DNA of 64,000 bases from an uncultured Actinomycetota bacterium (lineage in GTDB: Bacteria; Actinomycetota; Actinomycetes; Streptomycetales; Catenulisporaceae). The DNA lies in assembly GCA_963714445.1 (NCBI GenBank), contig CAVQPP010000260.1, positions 9,115 to 73,114 of the forward strand. Reading direction: 5' to 3'. Shown piece by piece: positions 8,047 to 18,638 of this stretch. Both the position numbers and the translations under genes were made by a program. The first letter of the stretch is position 1, and each line of letters begins with the position of its first letter. Under the pieces are notes generated by a model. The model worked only from the letters and a program-made list of their open reading frames with translations. It was not told the DNA's origin and made no database searches.

Positions 8047-10461
8047 TCAGCTGGGTGTGCTGGCCCGTCCGACGCTGTGGTGGAAGTCAGGCATGCCAAG
8101 GTGGGTCACACCGTGGCGGCTGGCGATCTGTTTCATGGCTTGTAGCTTCTGGTCGGCGGCGGCCAAGGTGGCTTCCAGGCCGGCGATTTCGCCGAGCCAG
8201 CCCTCACGGTGAGCCTCGGTGACGCGGGCGGTGAGGTTGTCGCGGATCTCGTGCAGGCGCGGCATCTGGGCCGGATCCGGCCGCAGGAGCGGGCATCGTA
8301 TGCAGCTGTGCTCGTGCGCGCAGGGGGTGCCGAAGTCGCGGGTGCACACGCCGAGAGCGACCTTACGCAGCTCGAAGTGGTGCAGGAACTGATCCCATTC
8401 GGCAGGGGTAAGGTCGCGGTATTCTTCTCCGGGCCGTTGTGCGCGGCGGCGGGCGATGAAGGCCCGGTGGTGGGATACGACATCCTCGGCGTATACCGCG
8501 GCGTAGCCCATGGTGGTGCCGAGATCGGCATGTCCGAGGATTTTCGCGGCGATGTGCGGTGGGAGGCCGGTGCGCAGGGCGTCGGTAGCGAACAGCCTCC
8601 GGAAGTCGTGGGGCGTGAACACGAGCGGGTTGTTCGAGGCGTCGGTCAGGCCGGAGCTGGCGAGCAGGTCGTTGAGGTAGCGGCGGATGACGGCGCGGGA
8701 TATGACGTGGTGCTCCGGCCCGCGCTGGCGCTGGAACAGGTATGGCATCGGAGCGCCCCAGGTCCGCTCGTAGGGATCGTAGGCGGCCACCAGGGGCAGC
8801 GCCTGCCGCCCGTTGCGGACACGGTGGATGATCTCAGCGAGAACCTCACCGAGTTCCGGTGAGACGAGCAGGACTCGCTCGCTGTCGGTCTTGGACGGGG
8901 CGATCTGCAGCATCGGCACCACCTCGCCGGTGCCGGGCAGGGTATAGGCGACGAAGCTGTGGTGGGTTAGTTCCGCCATCTCCTCGACGCGTACCCCGGT
9001 GTGGCGCAGGACTTCCACAATTGCCCAAGCCCAGAAGGCGCGCTCCTCTTCGTAGGTCAGATCCCGGCGCACGCCGGTGGCCAGGTCGGTGGCGTAGACG
9101 CGGCCCGCTTGCCCCGGCCGCCGCATGAGAGCGGCCCCGTGGACATGGACGGTCTGACCGGGTGCGGTGGCCAGGACTGCCTGCAGACGCTCGCGGGTGA
9201 TCCGGCGTCCAGTTTCGGCGGTGCGGACCAGGGTGGGCAGGACGGGCAGGCGGGCTCGGGTGCGCTGGTCCATGGCGGCCTTGCGCTGCCTGGTCTCCTT
9301 GAACAGGGAGCATTCGCTGGCCTTGATGGGGCAGGGTGCCACCCATGGTCCCCATTGACCGGGGTCCTCGGCCGCCCAGCGAGCGATGTCCTGGTAGAAC
9401 GCTCTGACGATCAGCAGTTTGCTGCGTGGGCTGGCCCGCTTGCCGACCGGGTTGCCGTGCTTGTCGTGCAGCAGCGTGAGCCGTTCCTTCCAGGCCACGG
9501 CGACCTCGGGGTCCAAGCGCAGCGAGTCGATGCCCGGGTGGTGGCTTTCCAGGTCCCGCCAGAACAGGCAGCACAGTGTGGTGGCCAGTTGGATCAGCGA
9601 GGCGTAGTCGAGCTGCGGCGCCCGTTCGGCCAGATAGGCCGTCAGCAGCTGCCGCATCGCCGGCGACTGGATCTGGTACTTGCCGACGAGCTGGGCCGGG
9701 CTGAGCTGGCCGGCCATCCGGAAGGCTTTGAGCCTGGGCGGCGAATCGGGCGGCAGCACGCCGGTCTCGCGCAGCAGCGTGTAGTACAGCGGCTTGTCGA
9801 CGGCGCTCTTGCATTGATGCGCGCGGAGCGCGGTGTCCAATTCGACACAGTCCCCGACGGTTATGTCGCCGACCTGGCCGCCTTTGTTCAGCAGGATCCA
9901 GGCGATGCGGTTCAGTGCGCTCTTGCAGTCGAGCGGGTTACTGCGCCCGGTTGCCTGGCAGTGGGCGCGCAGGCGCGCGAAGCCCGCCGGGTCGAGCAGC
10001 TGGCGGGCTTCCTCCAGCAGGACGCTGGGGCGGTAGCGAAGTAGCCACGGATAGCCGGGGCGGATGACCTGACCGACGATGAGCATGCGTACTCCGGTCA
10101 CCAGGTCAGTGCGCACACGCGCGGTCAGCTGTTCGCCCGGGTTGGCCAGGTGCTGGGCGGCCAGGGCGATCCAGTCCTGACCGGCGCGGCCGGCGCCGCT
10201 GGCCATCCAGCGGCTCTGCCAGGTGCCGCCTGGCTGGGCGGCCAGCCAGTCCAGCAGCACGACCAGGCCACGCCGGGCGCAGCCCCGTACCTCCGTGCTG
10301 GATGACCGGAACGGCGGCGCGATGAGCCGGCCGAATGTGGCGTCCCGGGACTGCCCGGTCTGCGGCCAGGTGGCTGGCGTCAGGCGCGGCAGGTAGTTCA
10401 TGCCCACTGCGCCGGCGCCCTCGATGACTGGGGCGGCGTCAAGCCGCACTGCGGCGGTCAC
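8047..10461 (-). CDS. Large tyrosine recombinase
   Basis: TGVRVEE, PSKT, HDFRR, LGH...TTMGY catalytic motifs and C-terminal CAHEHSCIRC. Confidence 0.9.
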   Translation of the reverse strand: MTAAVRLDAAPVIEGAGAVGMNYLPRLTPATWPQTGQSRDATFGRLIAPPFRSSSTEVRGCARRGLVVLLDWLAAQPGGTWQSRWMASGAGRAGQDWIALAAQHLANPGEQLTARVRTDLVTGVRMLIVGQVIRPGYPWLLRYRPSVLLEEARQLLDPAGFARLRAHCQATGRSNPLDCKSALNRIAWILLNKGGQVGDITVGDCVELDTALRAHQCKSAVDKPLYYTLLRETGVLPPDSPPRLKAFRMAGQLSPAQLVGKYQIQSPAMRQLLTAYLAERAPQLDYASLIQLATTLCCLFWRDLESHHPGIDSLRLDPEVAVAWKERLTLLHDKHGNPVGKRASPRSKLLIVRAFYQDIARWAAEDPGQWGPWVAPCPIKASECSLFKETRQRKAAMDQRTRARLPVLPTLVRTAETGRRITRERLQAVLATAPGQTVHVHGAALMRRPGQAGRVYATDLATGVRRDLTYEEERAFWAWAIVEVLRHTGVRVEEMAELTHHSFVAYTLPGTGEVVPMLQIAPSKTDSERVLLVSPELGEVLAEIIHRVRNGRQALPLVAAYDPYERTWGAPMPYLFQRQRGPEHHVISRAVIRRYLNDLLASSGLTDASNNPLVFTPHDFRRLFATDALRTGLPPHIAAKILGHADLGTTMGYAAVYAEDVVSHHRAFIARRRAQRPGEEYRDLTPAEWDQFLHHFELRKVALGVCTRDFGTPCAHEHSCIRCPLLRPDPAQMPRLHEIRDNLTARVTEAHREGWLGEIAGLEATLAAADQKLQAMKQIASRHGVTHLGMPDFHHSVGRASTPS

Positions 10462-11708
10462 CGCTGGTTCTCCTGTTGTCCGTACCTGGGGCCAAACAGC
10501 TCCTGCAGTACCTCCGGCCGGTATCCGGGGGCCGGCGCCGGCGGGCGGGCGGCTGCCTCAGCCTGTCTGGCGTGGTGAGCCAGCAGCCGTTCGACCAGTT
10601 CGTCGGGATTCGGGGTCAGGTAGATTTCCGTGGTGGACAAGTGCGCGTGACCAAGAACCCACTGGACGTCCACCAGGGACATTCCCGGATCGTTCGCCAT
10701 CCGGTACGCCGCCGAATGCCTCAGGTCATGCAGCGACCAATTCGAGCCCAGCGCGGCCTGGGCACGGCCGAACATCATCCGGGCCGCGTCGTATGTCAGC
10801 GGCCGCACCGGCCGGCGCAGCGTCCACCACAGCGGTGCATCCGGCCCCCGCCGGACCTGATCACCCAGCCGATGCTGGCAGAGCCGCAGCCACACGAACG
10901 CGTCCGCCGACGCGGGCAGCATCTGCAGCGCGCGGCTGCCCTTGCGCACCACGCCGATGAGCTGGCTGGTGGGGTTGACCCGGCCCTCCACCACGGTCAG
11001 CAATTCTCTCGCCCGCGCCCCAGTCGAGATCCAAAACGCCAGCAGCGCCCGGTCCCGGTCCGACGCCAGCGCGGCGAACAGCTCGTTGAACTGCTCATCC
11101 GGGATCGCCCGGGGAATACGCCGTGGCGCCTTCGGCTGATACGGCGCCGGCCCCGAGGGCCGCAGCCACGGCCTCATCGGGTTGTGGTGCACGTTGACCT
11201 GCCCGGCACTGCCGTACCTGTCCGCCGGGAACGGATTGAGCAACGGCGAGCCGTGCACGCTCCGGTGGTACTCGTAGAAGGCGTGGACCACGGTGCGAGC
11301 GTGCCGCCGGGTCGCCACCGCGTATGTGCTGCCCGGATATGACTTGCCGGTGACCGCGTTGACCGTGCCCGGTGCGGGCGTGCCCGAACGGCGCTGCCGC
11401 TCCGGCTTGCGCGCCTGCGCCAGCCACAACGCGTAGTCCCGTGCCTCTGCCCGCGTCGCCCGGTCCCAGGTGACCTCGACCGCGGAGAGGAACCGCAGCC
11501 AGCCCAGCAATTCATAGCAGTAGGACCTCAGCGTGGCCGGCGAGGCATCGCAGGCTGCCATCTCGCGCAGAAACTCACTGACTGCCGGAACTTCCTGGCC
11601 CGCCGCATCGACAACACCAAACGGCACCCGGCCGTCCGTGCCGTCCACCACGCGCCCGATCCGCGGGACTACCAATACGGCGATGTCCCGGACCACCCCA
11701 GCCTCCAT
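10458..11708 (-). CDS. Tyrosine recombinase/integrase
   Basis: TGARAREL, HDLRH, LGHAHLSTTEIY. Overlaps the start of the next recombinase. Confidence 0.9.
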   Translation of the reverse strand: MEAGVVRDIAVLVVPRIGRVVDGTDGRVPFGVVDAAGQEVPAVSEFLREMAACDASPATLRSYCYELLGWLRFLSAVEVTWDRATRAEARDYALWLAQARKPERQRRSGTPAPGTVNAVTGKSYPGSTYAVATRRHARTVVHAFYEYHRSVHGSPLLNPFPADRYGSAGQVNVHHNPMRPWLRPSGPAPYQPKAPRRIPRAIPDEQFNELFAALASDRDRALLAFWISTGARARELLTVVEGRVNPTSQLIGVVRKGSRALQMLPASADAFVWLRLCQHRLGDQVRRGPDAPLWWTLRRPVRPLTYDAARMMFGRAQAALGSNWSLHDLRHSAAYRMANDPGMSLVDVQWVLGHAHLSTTEIYLTPNPDELVERLLAHHARQAEAAARPPAPAPGYRPEVLQELFGPRYGQQENQR

Positions 11709-11874
11709 GCTCCCCCTCGACGAGCCGACCGATACCGATCACGCCGATGTCAGCACAAAGCGAGCTAGCCCCGGGTCAGCCGACGCCGTCACGACGGGCG
11801 AACACCGTCACGCTCTGCAATGACCGGAGATGCTCAGAGGGGCAGGGGCACCTCGGGTAGTTCGGTCAACAGGT

Positions 11875-12381
11875 CGGCTGCTGCTTGCGGACTTCGACCC
11901 GGAGGTGGTGAAGGTCGCGGCGCAGCCGTTCCTGGTCACGGCGCCGTCGGGCGGCCGGGTGCGGCGGCATGTGCCGGACTTCCTGGTCATTGGCCGGGAC
12001 GGCGGCGTGCGCGTCGTCAATGTCAAGCCGGCGGACCAGCTGAAGGTGCCCAAGGTGGCCGATGCGCTGGCCTGGGCCGGTGAGGTGTTCGCCGCCCGGG
12101 GATGGCAGCACGAGATCTGGTCGGGAGCAGAGCCGGTGTTCCTGGCCAATGTCCGGTTCCTGGCCGGCTACCGGTTCGCGGACCGGGTAGAGGCCTCCAT
12201 CGCGGAGGTCATCGCGCGGGACGCGCCGTCCGGGGCGACGATCGGCGAGCTGGAGCAGGGCTGGCCGGATCGTGCGGGCGACGCGCGTGCCGCCGTGCTG
12301 CACCTGCTATGGCGGGGCGTGTTCCGCACCGGCCTGATGGTGCCGCTGTCGTCCGCCACGAGGCTGGAGCGTGCCCCATGA
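11875..12381 (+). pseudogene. tnsA: TnsA-like endonuclease, 3' part
   Basis: RLLLADFDP...AQPF...HVPDFL...VNVKP (PD-(D/E)xK core). Its stop overlaps the tnsB start. Confidence 0.85.
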
Positions 12382-14462
12382 CCAGGAGCCTGACAGCGAT
12401 CGTGACCACGGGAACTCGCCTGGCCTGGGACGGGGATGCCTGGACCGTCACCGGCATGGAGGCCGGGCGGCTGGTGCTGAGGAACGCACGTGGCAGGTCG
12501 GTGCTGGCGGACACGGCTGTCGTGCTGGCCGACCCGTCGACCCGCCTGCCCGGGACCGGAGACGAGTCCGGGCCGGCAGCGTGCGGGCCGTTGCTGGACA
12601 GCCTGACCGGCACCGAGCGGGGCGAGCTAGCGGTGCGGCTGCGCCACGTCCGGGAGCTGCTGACTGGTTACGCGTCGGGGACTCCTGATGCGGCGGAGCC
12701 GGGTGAGCCGCAGCCTGGGTATGACCCGTCGCTGCCGCTGACCGCCAGGTACAAGGCGAAGTCCGCCGAGCTGGGCGTCAGCGTGCGGACCCTGGAGCGG
12801 TGGGTGGCGGCGCTGCGGGAGTCCGGCCCGGCCGGGATCGCCGACGGCCGCAGCCAGCGGGGTGCCGACCCGCTGGGCGGGGTCGACGAGCGGTGGCTGG
12901 CGATGTGCCGGCTGGTGCTGGCCGAGCACACCGAGGCATCCCGGCCGACGAAGGAGCTGCTGCTGCGCAGGGTGTCGGCCCGGCTTGCCGCCGAGCACGG
13001 CGAAGGCACCGTCGCTGAGCCGGGGCGGCGCCGAGCTCATGCCGCCTTGTCGGAGCTGAGCCGCGGCACGAACGCGTTCACCGGCAGCACCAAGGGCAAG
13101 CGGTCGATTGCCGCCCGCCCGCAGGGTGTCTACGGGCGGCTGCGGCCGACGCGGCCGGGTGAGTACCTGCTGCTGGACACCACCCCGCTGGACGTGTTCG
13201 CGATGGAGCCGGTCACGCTGCGCTGGATCCGCTGCGAGCTGACGATCGCGATGGACCTGTACTCGCGGGCGATCACCGGGCTGCGACTGTCACCGGTATC
13301 GACCAAGTCGGTCGACGCGGCGCTGGTGCTGTTCGAGGCGCTGCGGCCGGGGTCGCGGCAGCACACCAGCGGCGGGCTGCTGCCCTACGCCGGCCTGCCG
13401 GACCTGGTGATCGCCGGGGACGGGAGCGCCGGGCTGGCCGGGGTGGCCGCGGAGACCATCGTCGTCGATCACGGGAAGATCTACCTGTCCGATCACCTGC
13501 TGAGCGTCTGCCAGCGGCTGGGCATCTCGGTCCAGCCGGCCCGGCCGCTGACGCCGACGGATAAGGCTGCGGTCGAAAGATTTTTCAGGACCCTTTCCGA
13601 GGGCCTGCTGGCAGCGCTGCCCGGCTACAAAGGCCCGGACGTCTACAGCCGCGGCGCCGATCCGGAGGGCTGCGCCTACTTCTTCACTAATGAGCTGGAG
13701 CAGGTGGTCCGGGAGTGGATTGACCGGATCTATCACCAGAGGTCCCATGCCGGGCTGGCTGAGCCGCAGGTGCCGGGCCTGGAGCTGTCCCCGGCGGAGA
13801 TGCTCGCCCACGGCACCGCGCGGGCGGGACGGCTGAAGATCCCAGCGCACTCGGGGATGGTGTTCGACTTCCTTCCGGTCGCGTGGCGCACCATCCAGCA
13901 TTACGGCGTCGAGGTCGGCGGGCTGCGCTACAACGGCCCGGCGCTGACCCGCTACCGGAACAAGACCAGCCCGTTCACCGGGGTGCACGCCGGGAAGTGG
14001 CCGGTCCGCTACGACACCGACGACGTCTCCAGGATCTACTTCCAGGACCTGGCCGATAATGCCTGGCACGAGCTGGCCTGGGAGCATGCGCAGCAGGTCG
14101 CCGTCCCGTTCTCGGCCGAGGCGCTGGCCTGGGCACGCCGCCTGGTGCTGGCCGAGGGCCGGCACGTCGATGAGCGGCAGGCGCTGGCCGGGCTGCTGGA
14201 GAGGTGGGACGCCGGGCTGATCCGCCATCCCGCCGAGCGGCGGATGGCCGTCCGCGCCTCCCAGCAGAGGACCGCCCGGATGGCCGCCGACGGAGGAACG
14301 ACCGCAGAGATCGCAGCCCTGCCGTCAGTCGCCGCCGTGACCGCCATGCACGAGACGCCAGGCCCGAACGGCCCGGCGGACGGCGGCGATGACGACAGCC
14401 CCGGCGAGCTGGACCCGCGCGGCGAGGACTACTACGCCGACGCGTTCGAGGTGCTGCCCTAG
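12378..14462 (+). CDS. tnsB: TnsB/Mu-like DDE transposase
   Basis: LLLDTTPLD, MDLYSR, VVDHGK, KAAVERFF motifs and an N-terminal HTH. Confidence 0.9.
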   Translation: MTRSLTAIVTTGTRLAWDGDAWTVTGMEAGRLVLRNARGRSVLADTAVVLADPSTRLPGTGDESGPAACGPLLDSLTGTERGELAVRLRHVRELLTGYASGTPDAAEPGEPQPGYDPSLPLTARYKAKSAELGVSVRTLERWVAALRESGPAGIADGRSQRGADPLGGVDERWLAMCRLVLAEHTEASRPTKELLLRRVSARLAAEHGEGTVAEPGRRRAHAALSELSRGTNAFTGSTKGKRSIAARPQGVYGRLRPTRPGEYLLLDTTPLDVFAMEPVTLRWIRCELTIAMDLYSRAITGLRLSPVSTKSVDAALVLFEALRPGSRQHTSGGLLPYAGLPDLVIAGDGSAGLAGVAAETIVVDHGKIYLSDHLLSVCQRLGISVQPARPLTPTDKAAVERFFRTLSEGLLAALPGYKGPDVYSRGADPEGCAYFFTNELEQVVREWIDRIYHQRSHAGLAEPQVPGLELSPAEMLAHGTARAGRLKIPAHSGMVFDFLPVAWRTIQHYGVEVGGLRYNGPALTRYRNKTSPFTGVHAGKWPVRYDTDDVSRIYFQDLADNAWHELAWEHAQQVAVPFSAEALAWARRLVLAEGRHVDERQALAGLLERWDAGLIRHPAERRMAVRASQQRTARMAADGGTTAEIAALPSVAAVTAMHETPGPNGPADGGDDDSPGELDPRGEDYYADAFEVLP

Positions 14463-15610
14463 TGACCAGCACCGTGGACTTCACCGTCGAGGAACGCGAC
14501 TGGAACCCCTCGGCGAAGGCCGGGTGGTTCGCGATGGCCGAGGCCCCGCCCCGCACCCGCCCGACGCTGCTGACGACGGAAGAGGCCGCGGCGCTGCCGC
14601 CAGACAGGCGCCGCCGCTACGACCAGGCCCGCGCAGCCTGGCACGCCAACCTCGGCCCGATCCGCACCCCGCAGGTCAACGCCGTCTTCGACGCGCTGGA
14701 AGAAATCTGCGGCAGCAACCTCCAAGACGGCGACAAGGTCCGGCCCGCGGCCGTGCTGGACGCGCTGCCCGGCCTGGGCAAGACCACCGCCGCGCTGGCG
14801 TTCGGCCGCTGGTTCCACCGCGAGCAGATCGACCAGCACGGCTCGCAGGTGAAGGCCGGCGACGGGACGTGGCAGCGCATCCCGGTCGCCTACCTCGGCC
14901 TGACCTCGCACACCACGATGCGGAGCCTGAACGCGATGCTCTGCCGGTTCTACGGGCTGCCCGAGCGCGGCAACGCCGACGTGCTCGCCCACCGCGCCGC
15001 CGAGTGCGTGATGAACTGCAAGACCCGGCTGGTCATCGTGGACGACGTGCACTTCCTGGACATTTCGCGCCGAGACGGACGTGAGGTCGCCAACCACTTC
15101 AAGTGGCTGGCCAACGTCTTCCCGGTCACGTTCCTGTTCGTCGGCGTCGGGCTGCGCGCCCGCGGCCTGCTCGATGAGGGCCTGGCCGGCGCTGACGCCG
15201 CGTTCTCCCAAACCGCACGGCGGTGGAACGTGCTGCCCGTCGACCCGTTCGAGATCCGCACGCAGGAAGGCCGGCGGACCTGGCGGAAGCTGCTGCTGGG
15301 CATCGAGCGCGAGCTGGTGCTCAGCGGAGCCTGGCGCGGCATGATCGCCGGCGACCTGGCCGAGTACCTGTTCGCCCGCTCCACCGGTCACTTCGCCTCG
15401 CTGATGTCGCTGATCAGCCGCGGCTGCTACCGGGCCGTCAAGACCGGGGCCGAGTCGCTGACCGCCAGCCTGCTGGACGAGGTGCGGATCGACCAGGCCG
15501 CCGAGGACGCACGCGGCCAGCTCCAGGCCGCCATCGGAACCGGGCCGCCGGCCACCCGGCCCGGCAACCGGGACAGCGCAACCGCCGCCGGGCAAGCGGT
15601 AGCGGTATGA
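14462..15610 (+). CDS. tnsC: TnsC/TniB AAA+ ATPase
   Basis: Walker A PGLGKT and Walker B LVIVDD, directly after tnsB. Confidence 0.9.
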   Translation: MTSTVDFTVEERDWNPSAKAGWFAMAEAPPRTRPTLLTTEEAAALPPDRRRRYDQARAAWHANLGPIRTPQVNAVFDALEEICGSNLQDGDKVRPAAVLDALPGLGKTTAALAFGRWFHREQIDQHGSQVKAGDGTWQRIPVAYLGLTSHTTMRSLNAMLCRFYGLPERGNADVLAHRAAECVMNCKTRLVIVDDVHFLDISRRDGREVANHFKWLANVFPVTFLFVGVGLRARGLLDEGLAGADAAFSQTARRWNVLPVDPFEIRTQEGRRTWRKLLLGIERELVLSGAWRGMIAGDLAEYLFARSTGHFASLMSLISRGCYRAVKTGAESLTASLLDEVRIDQAAEDARGQLQAAIGTGPPATRPGNRDSATAAGQAVAV

Positions 15611-17969
15611 CAGGACGGCTGCCGTTCACCCTCGTCCCGCTGGACGGGGAGCCGTTCGGCCTGTGGCTGCACGCTTACGCGGCCCGCCTGGCCATGAAAC
15701 CCGGACACCTCGCGGAAGCGCTCGGCATGCCCGCCCGCCCAGACCACGAGACCGGGGCCGCCGTCCCTGACGGGTCATCCGCCGCTCAGCTGGCCGCCAT
15801 CTGCGCGTCCGCCGGCCTGGCCCTGCCAGCGGTCACCGCCATGCTCGCCGCCGGGCCGTCTCCGCCGCCGGCGCTGCTGCTGGCCTGGGCACCGCAGCGC
15901 ACGACCCGCTTCTGCCCCGCCTGCCTGGCCGAAGACCCCGGCCAGATACCCCCCGCCTGGTCGCTGCCGGTGACCTTCTTCTGCCTGCGCCACGGCCGGC
16001 TCCTGGCAAGCCGCTGCCCGCACTGCGGCCGTCCGCCCGCCAGCCGCTCCCTGCCGTCCAAGGCCGGGCACTGCAGCGGACCTCACGGTTGCAGCGGACG
16101 GCTCGACACCGCCAGCCCGCCCCGTCACGACGGCATTCCCTCAGTCCGGCAGGCGCAGGAAGCCATCAGCGGCCTCTTCGCCGGCCTCCGTGACCCGGCC
16201 GGGACGGCAGCCAGCCGCCGCCACGCCCTCAGCCGGCTAACCGACATCACCCTCATCGCCTACCACCTTGCCGCTGAGCGCGACTCCCACCGGACAGGGC
16301 AGGCGTTCACTCCCGCCATGCTGGACGCTGGCGTCCTCACCGCAGCGTTCACGCTGCTCACCGCCCGCCCTGACCCCAGCGGGCACGACCCCTTGGCCAG
16401 CCTGGTCGCCGGCATCCCGCCCGGCGCCGTTCCCCCGGCCATCCCGTCATCATGGCGCCCGGCCAGCCCGGCACTGGCCGCACGGATCGCCCGCGCCCGC
16501 GACCCGTGGCTGCGTCCCGCCGACCGGCTCCGGCACGCGACCACGCTGCCCGTCCCCCGCACGCCCGCACCGCGCCCGCCCGGCGCCCCTGACCTGGCCG
16601 CCGCACGCGCGGCCCGGCTGCCCGACCAGCTATGGCCGGACTGGGCGGTCCGCCTCACCGGCGACCCCGCCTCCTCCAGCCACGACAAGTTCCTGCCCGC
16701 CGCGCTGATCGCGCTGCTCCTCCCGCACAGTGGCATGCCGCTGAACCAGGTCACCGCGATGGTCAGCGGCCAGCTCCGCCGGCACGTCACCAGCTATCAC
16801 ATGAGCAAGCTCACCCCTGGCGCGCTGCGCATCCTCACCGAGCTCGCCTTCGCGATCGACGACCACGGCATCCCCATCGACTACCAGTGCCGCCGCGACC
16901 TGGCCACCGGCACCACGCTCATCGACGACGCCGCCTGGGCCAGGATGACCCGGGAGGCAGGGATGCGGCTGGCTCCTGCGGCCAACGCCCGCCGCTACCT
17001 CTACGAACTGCTCACCGGCTGCGCCCTGGCCACCGCCCCGCCGCCTTACCGGCTCAGCCCCGGATCACTGGGCAGCTACAACGACTTCGTCCTCGGCATG
17101 CCCGCCAGCCTGGCCGCCGCGCTGGCCGGCCACGCCCGCCGCCTTCTCGGCGGCTGGGGAATCGGCCGCGAGCCGCTGCACTGGCAGCCGCCCGATGACT
17201 GGGTCACCGTCACCACCTGGCCCGGCGCCGACCCCGCCCGCACCGACCCAGCCCCCATCCACCGCGCCCTGCTGAACGACGAGACCCCGCCCGCCCAGAT
17301 CGCGGCGGACCTGGGCATCTCCCTCGGCCACCTCCGCCAGGTCCTTCGCCGGCACCCGCTGCCCCGGCCCCGCCGCCCGGTCCGCCGCACCCTCATCCCC
17401 GCACCCAGCCGGCCACCCGGCCCCCGGGCCAGCAGCCCGGCGTGATCTACCTCGACCCCGCCTGGCTCCGCCCGGAATACCTCACCTGGCACCGCTCCCT
17501 GGACGACATCGCCGCCCAGGTCGGCTGCACCATCCAGACCCTGAACCGCTTCGCCCGCGACCACGGCATCCCCGTCCGCAGCCGCGGCACCAGCGCCTAC
17601 ATGCCCGCATCCTCAGCCCCCGGCATCCACCCGCGCGACCTGCCCGAACCGCTCCGCAGCGCCCTGACCGGGCCGCGCGCGCGACAGCGCCTGGACCACC
17701 TGCTCATCATCGCCGGGCACGCCAGCATCCGCCAGGCGGCGCGGGCGCTGGGCCGATGGCCCAGCGCCCTTTACGACCAGCTCAGCCGCACCGAGCGCGC
17801 CTGCGGCGGCCCCCTGGTCAACCGCAGCCGCCGGCCGCCGGGCACCGGGATCCTGACCCCGCTCGGCGAGCAGCTGTGCCAGCAGGCCCGCGACTACCTG
17901 CAGTCCGCCGAACCCGGCCAGGGCACGCCTGCTCCCAGCCCGAGCGTCCAACGAATCACGGCGCCTTAA
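15607..17969 (+). CDS. tniQ: TniQ/TnsD-like target selector with C-terminal HTH domains (probable frameshift near 17405-17420)
   Basis: TniQ start (LPFTLVPLDGE), RFCPAC...CLRH...RCPHC zinc motifs. ORFs 15607-17445 and 17442-17969 appear joinable by one base, and the end is LysR-like HTH (SIRQAARALG). Confidence 0.8.
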
Positions 17970-18433
17970 GCGCGGCCGATGACCGTCAGCGGGCCCTCCT
18001 CCGCCGTCGGAGGCTCGAAGTGATCGAAGTAGAAGGCCGCGAGCTCCGCGCTGACCGCGAAGTCGTCGCCGTCCCCCGCTGCCCGGGCAGCGATACGCCG
18101 GAGCATCGTCGCTCGGTCGGTCGCCAAGTACACCGTCTCGGGCGCCACGCCCAGCGGCCGCAGCAACTCGCGGTACTCCTCCCGCATGGCGCGGGACCAG
18201 AACGAGAAGTCCACGACCACGTCCGCCCCGCCGCGCACGAACTCCACCAGGCGGGCGCGCAGCACGTCCTCGATGTCGCGGTGCACCTCGGGAGGCAGGG
18301 GCATCGTGGTGATGCCCCGAGACCACGCCTCCTGGTCAAAGGACAGCCGGGTCATGCCCTGCTGCTCGTATCCCCGCGCAACCGTGGACTTTCCCGACCC
18401 GGCCGGACCGCACATGAAGACCACCCGCCCCAT
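17966..18433 (-). CDS. AAA_33-type P-loop kinase-like protein
   Basis: MCGPAGSGKST and DVVVDFSFW. Confidence 0.8.
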   Translation of the reverse strand: MGRVVFMCGPAGSGKSTVARGYEQQGMTRLSFDQEAWSRGITTMPLPPEVHRDIEDVLRARLVEFVRGGADVVVDFSFWSRAMREEYRELLRPLGVAPETVYLATDRATMLRRIAARAAGDGDDFAVSAELAAFYFDHFEPPTAEEGPLTVIGRA

Positions 18434-18561
18434 GAGAGTCCACACTAGGTGCAAAGACGTCACAAGATGTCAGCGCGCTCACGTCGGCTGCAGCTGCATC
18501 CGGAGGCTCAAGGGAGAGCAGAATGGGCACTCCCCTCCACTTTTAACTTATAGCGCACCCG

Positions 18562-18580
18562 GGGGCTTGCGGCAAGACCC
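18562..18580. promoter_or_regulatory. Rifamycin-associated element (RAE)-like palindrome
   Basis: GGGGCTTGCGGCAAGACCC differs by one base from the RAE consensus as I recall it (GGGGCTTGCGGCAAGGCCC). It lies about 60 bp upstream of a monooxygenase. Confidence 0.8.
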
Positions 18581-18638
18581 GGGTCGTGCCGCATAATCGC
18601 AGGCCGAGGCAAGAACCTGCGGAAACGGGAGCAGCGGA

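Larger units (their letters stand above)
7071..11874 (-). mobile_element. Tandem tyrosine-recombinase element inserted in tnsA
   Basis: Removing this span rejoins tnsA in frame. Imperfect inverted ends (TTAACTGAAC / GTTCGGTCAA), no target duplication, two recombinase genes. Confidence 0.8.
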
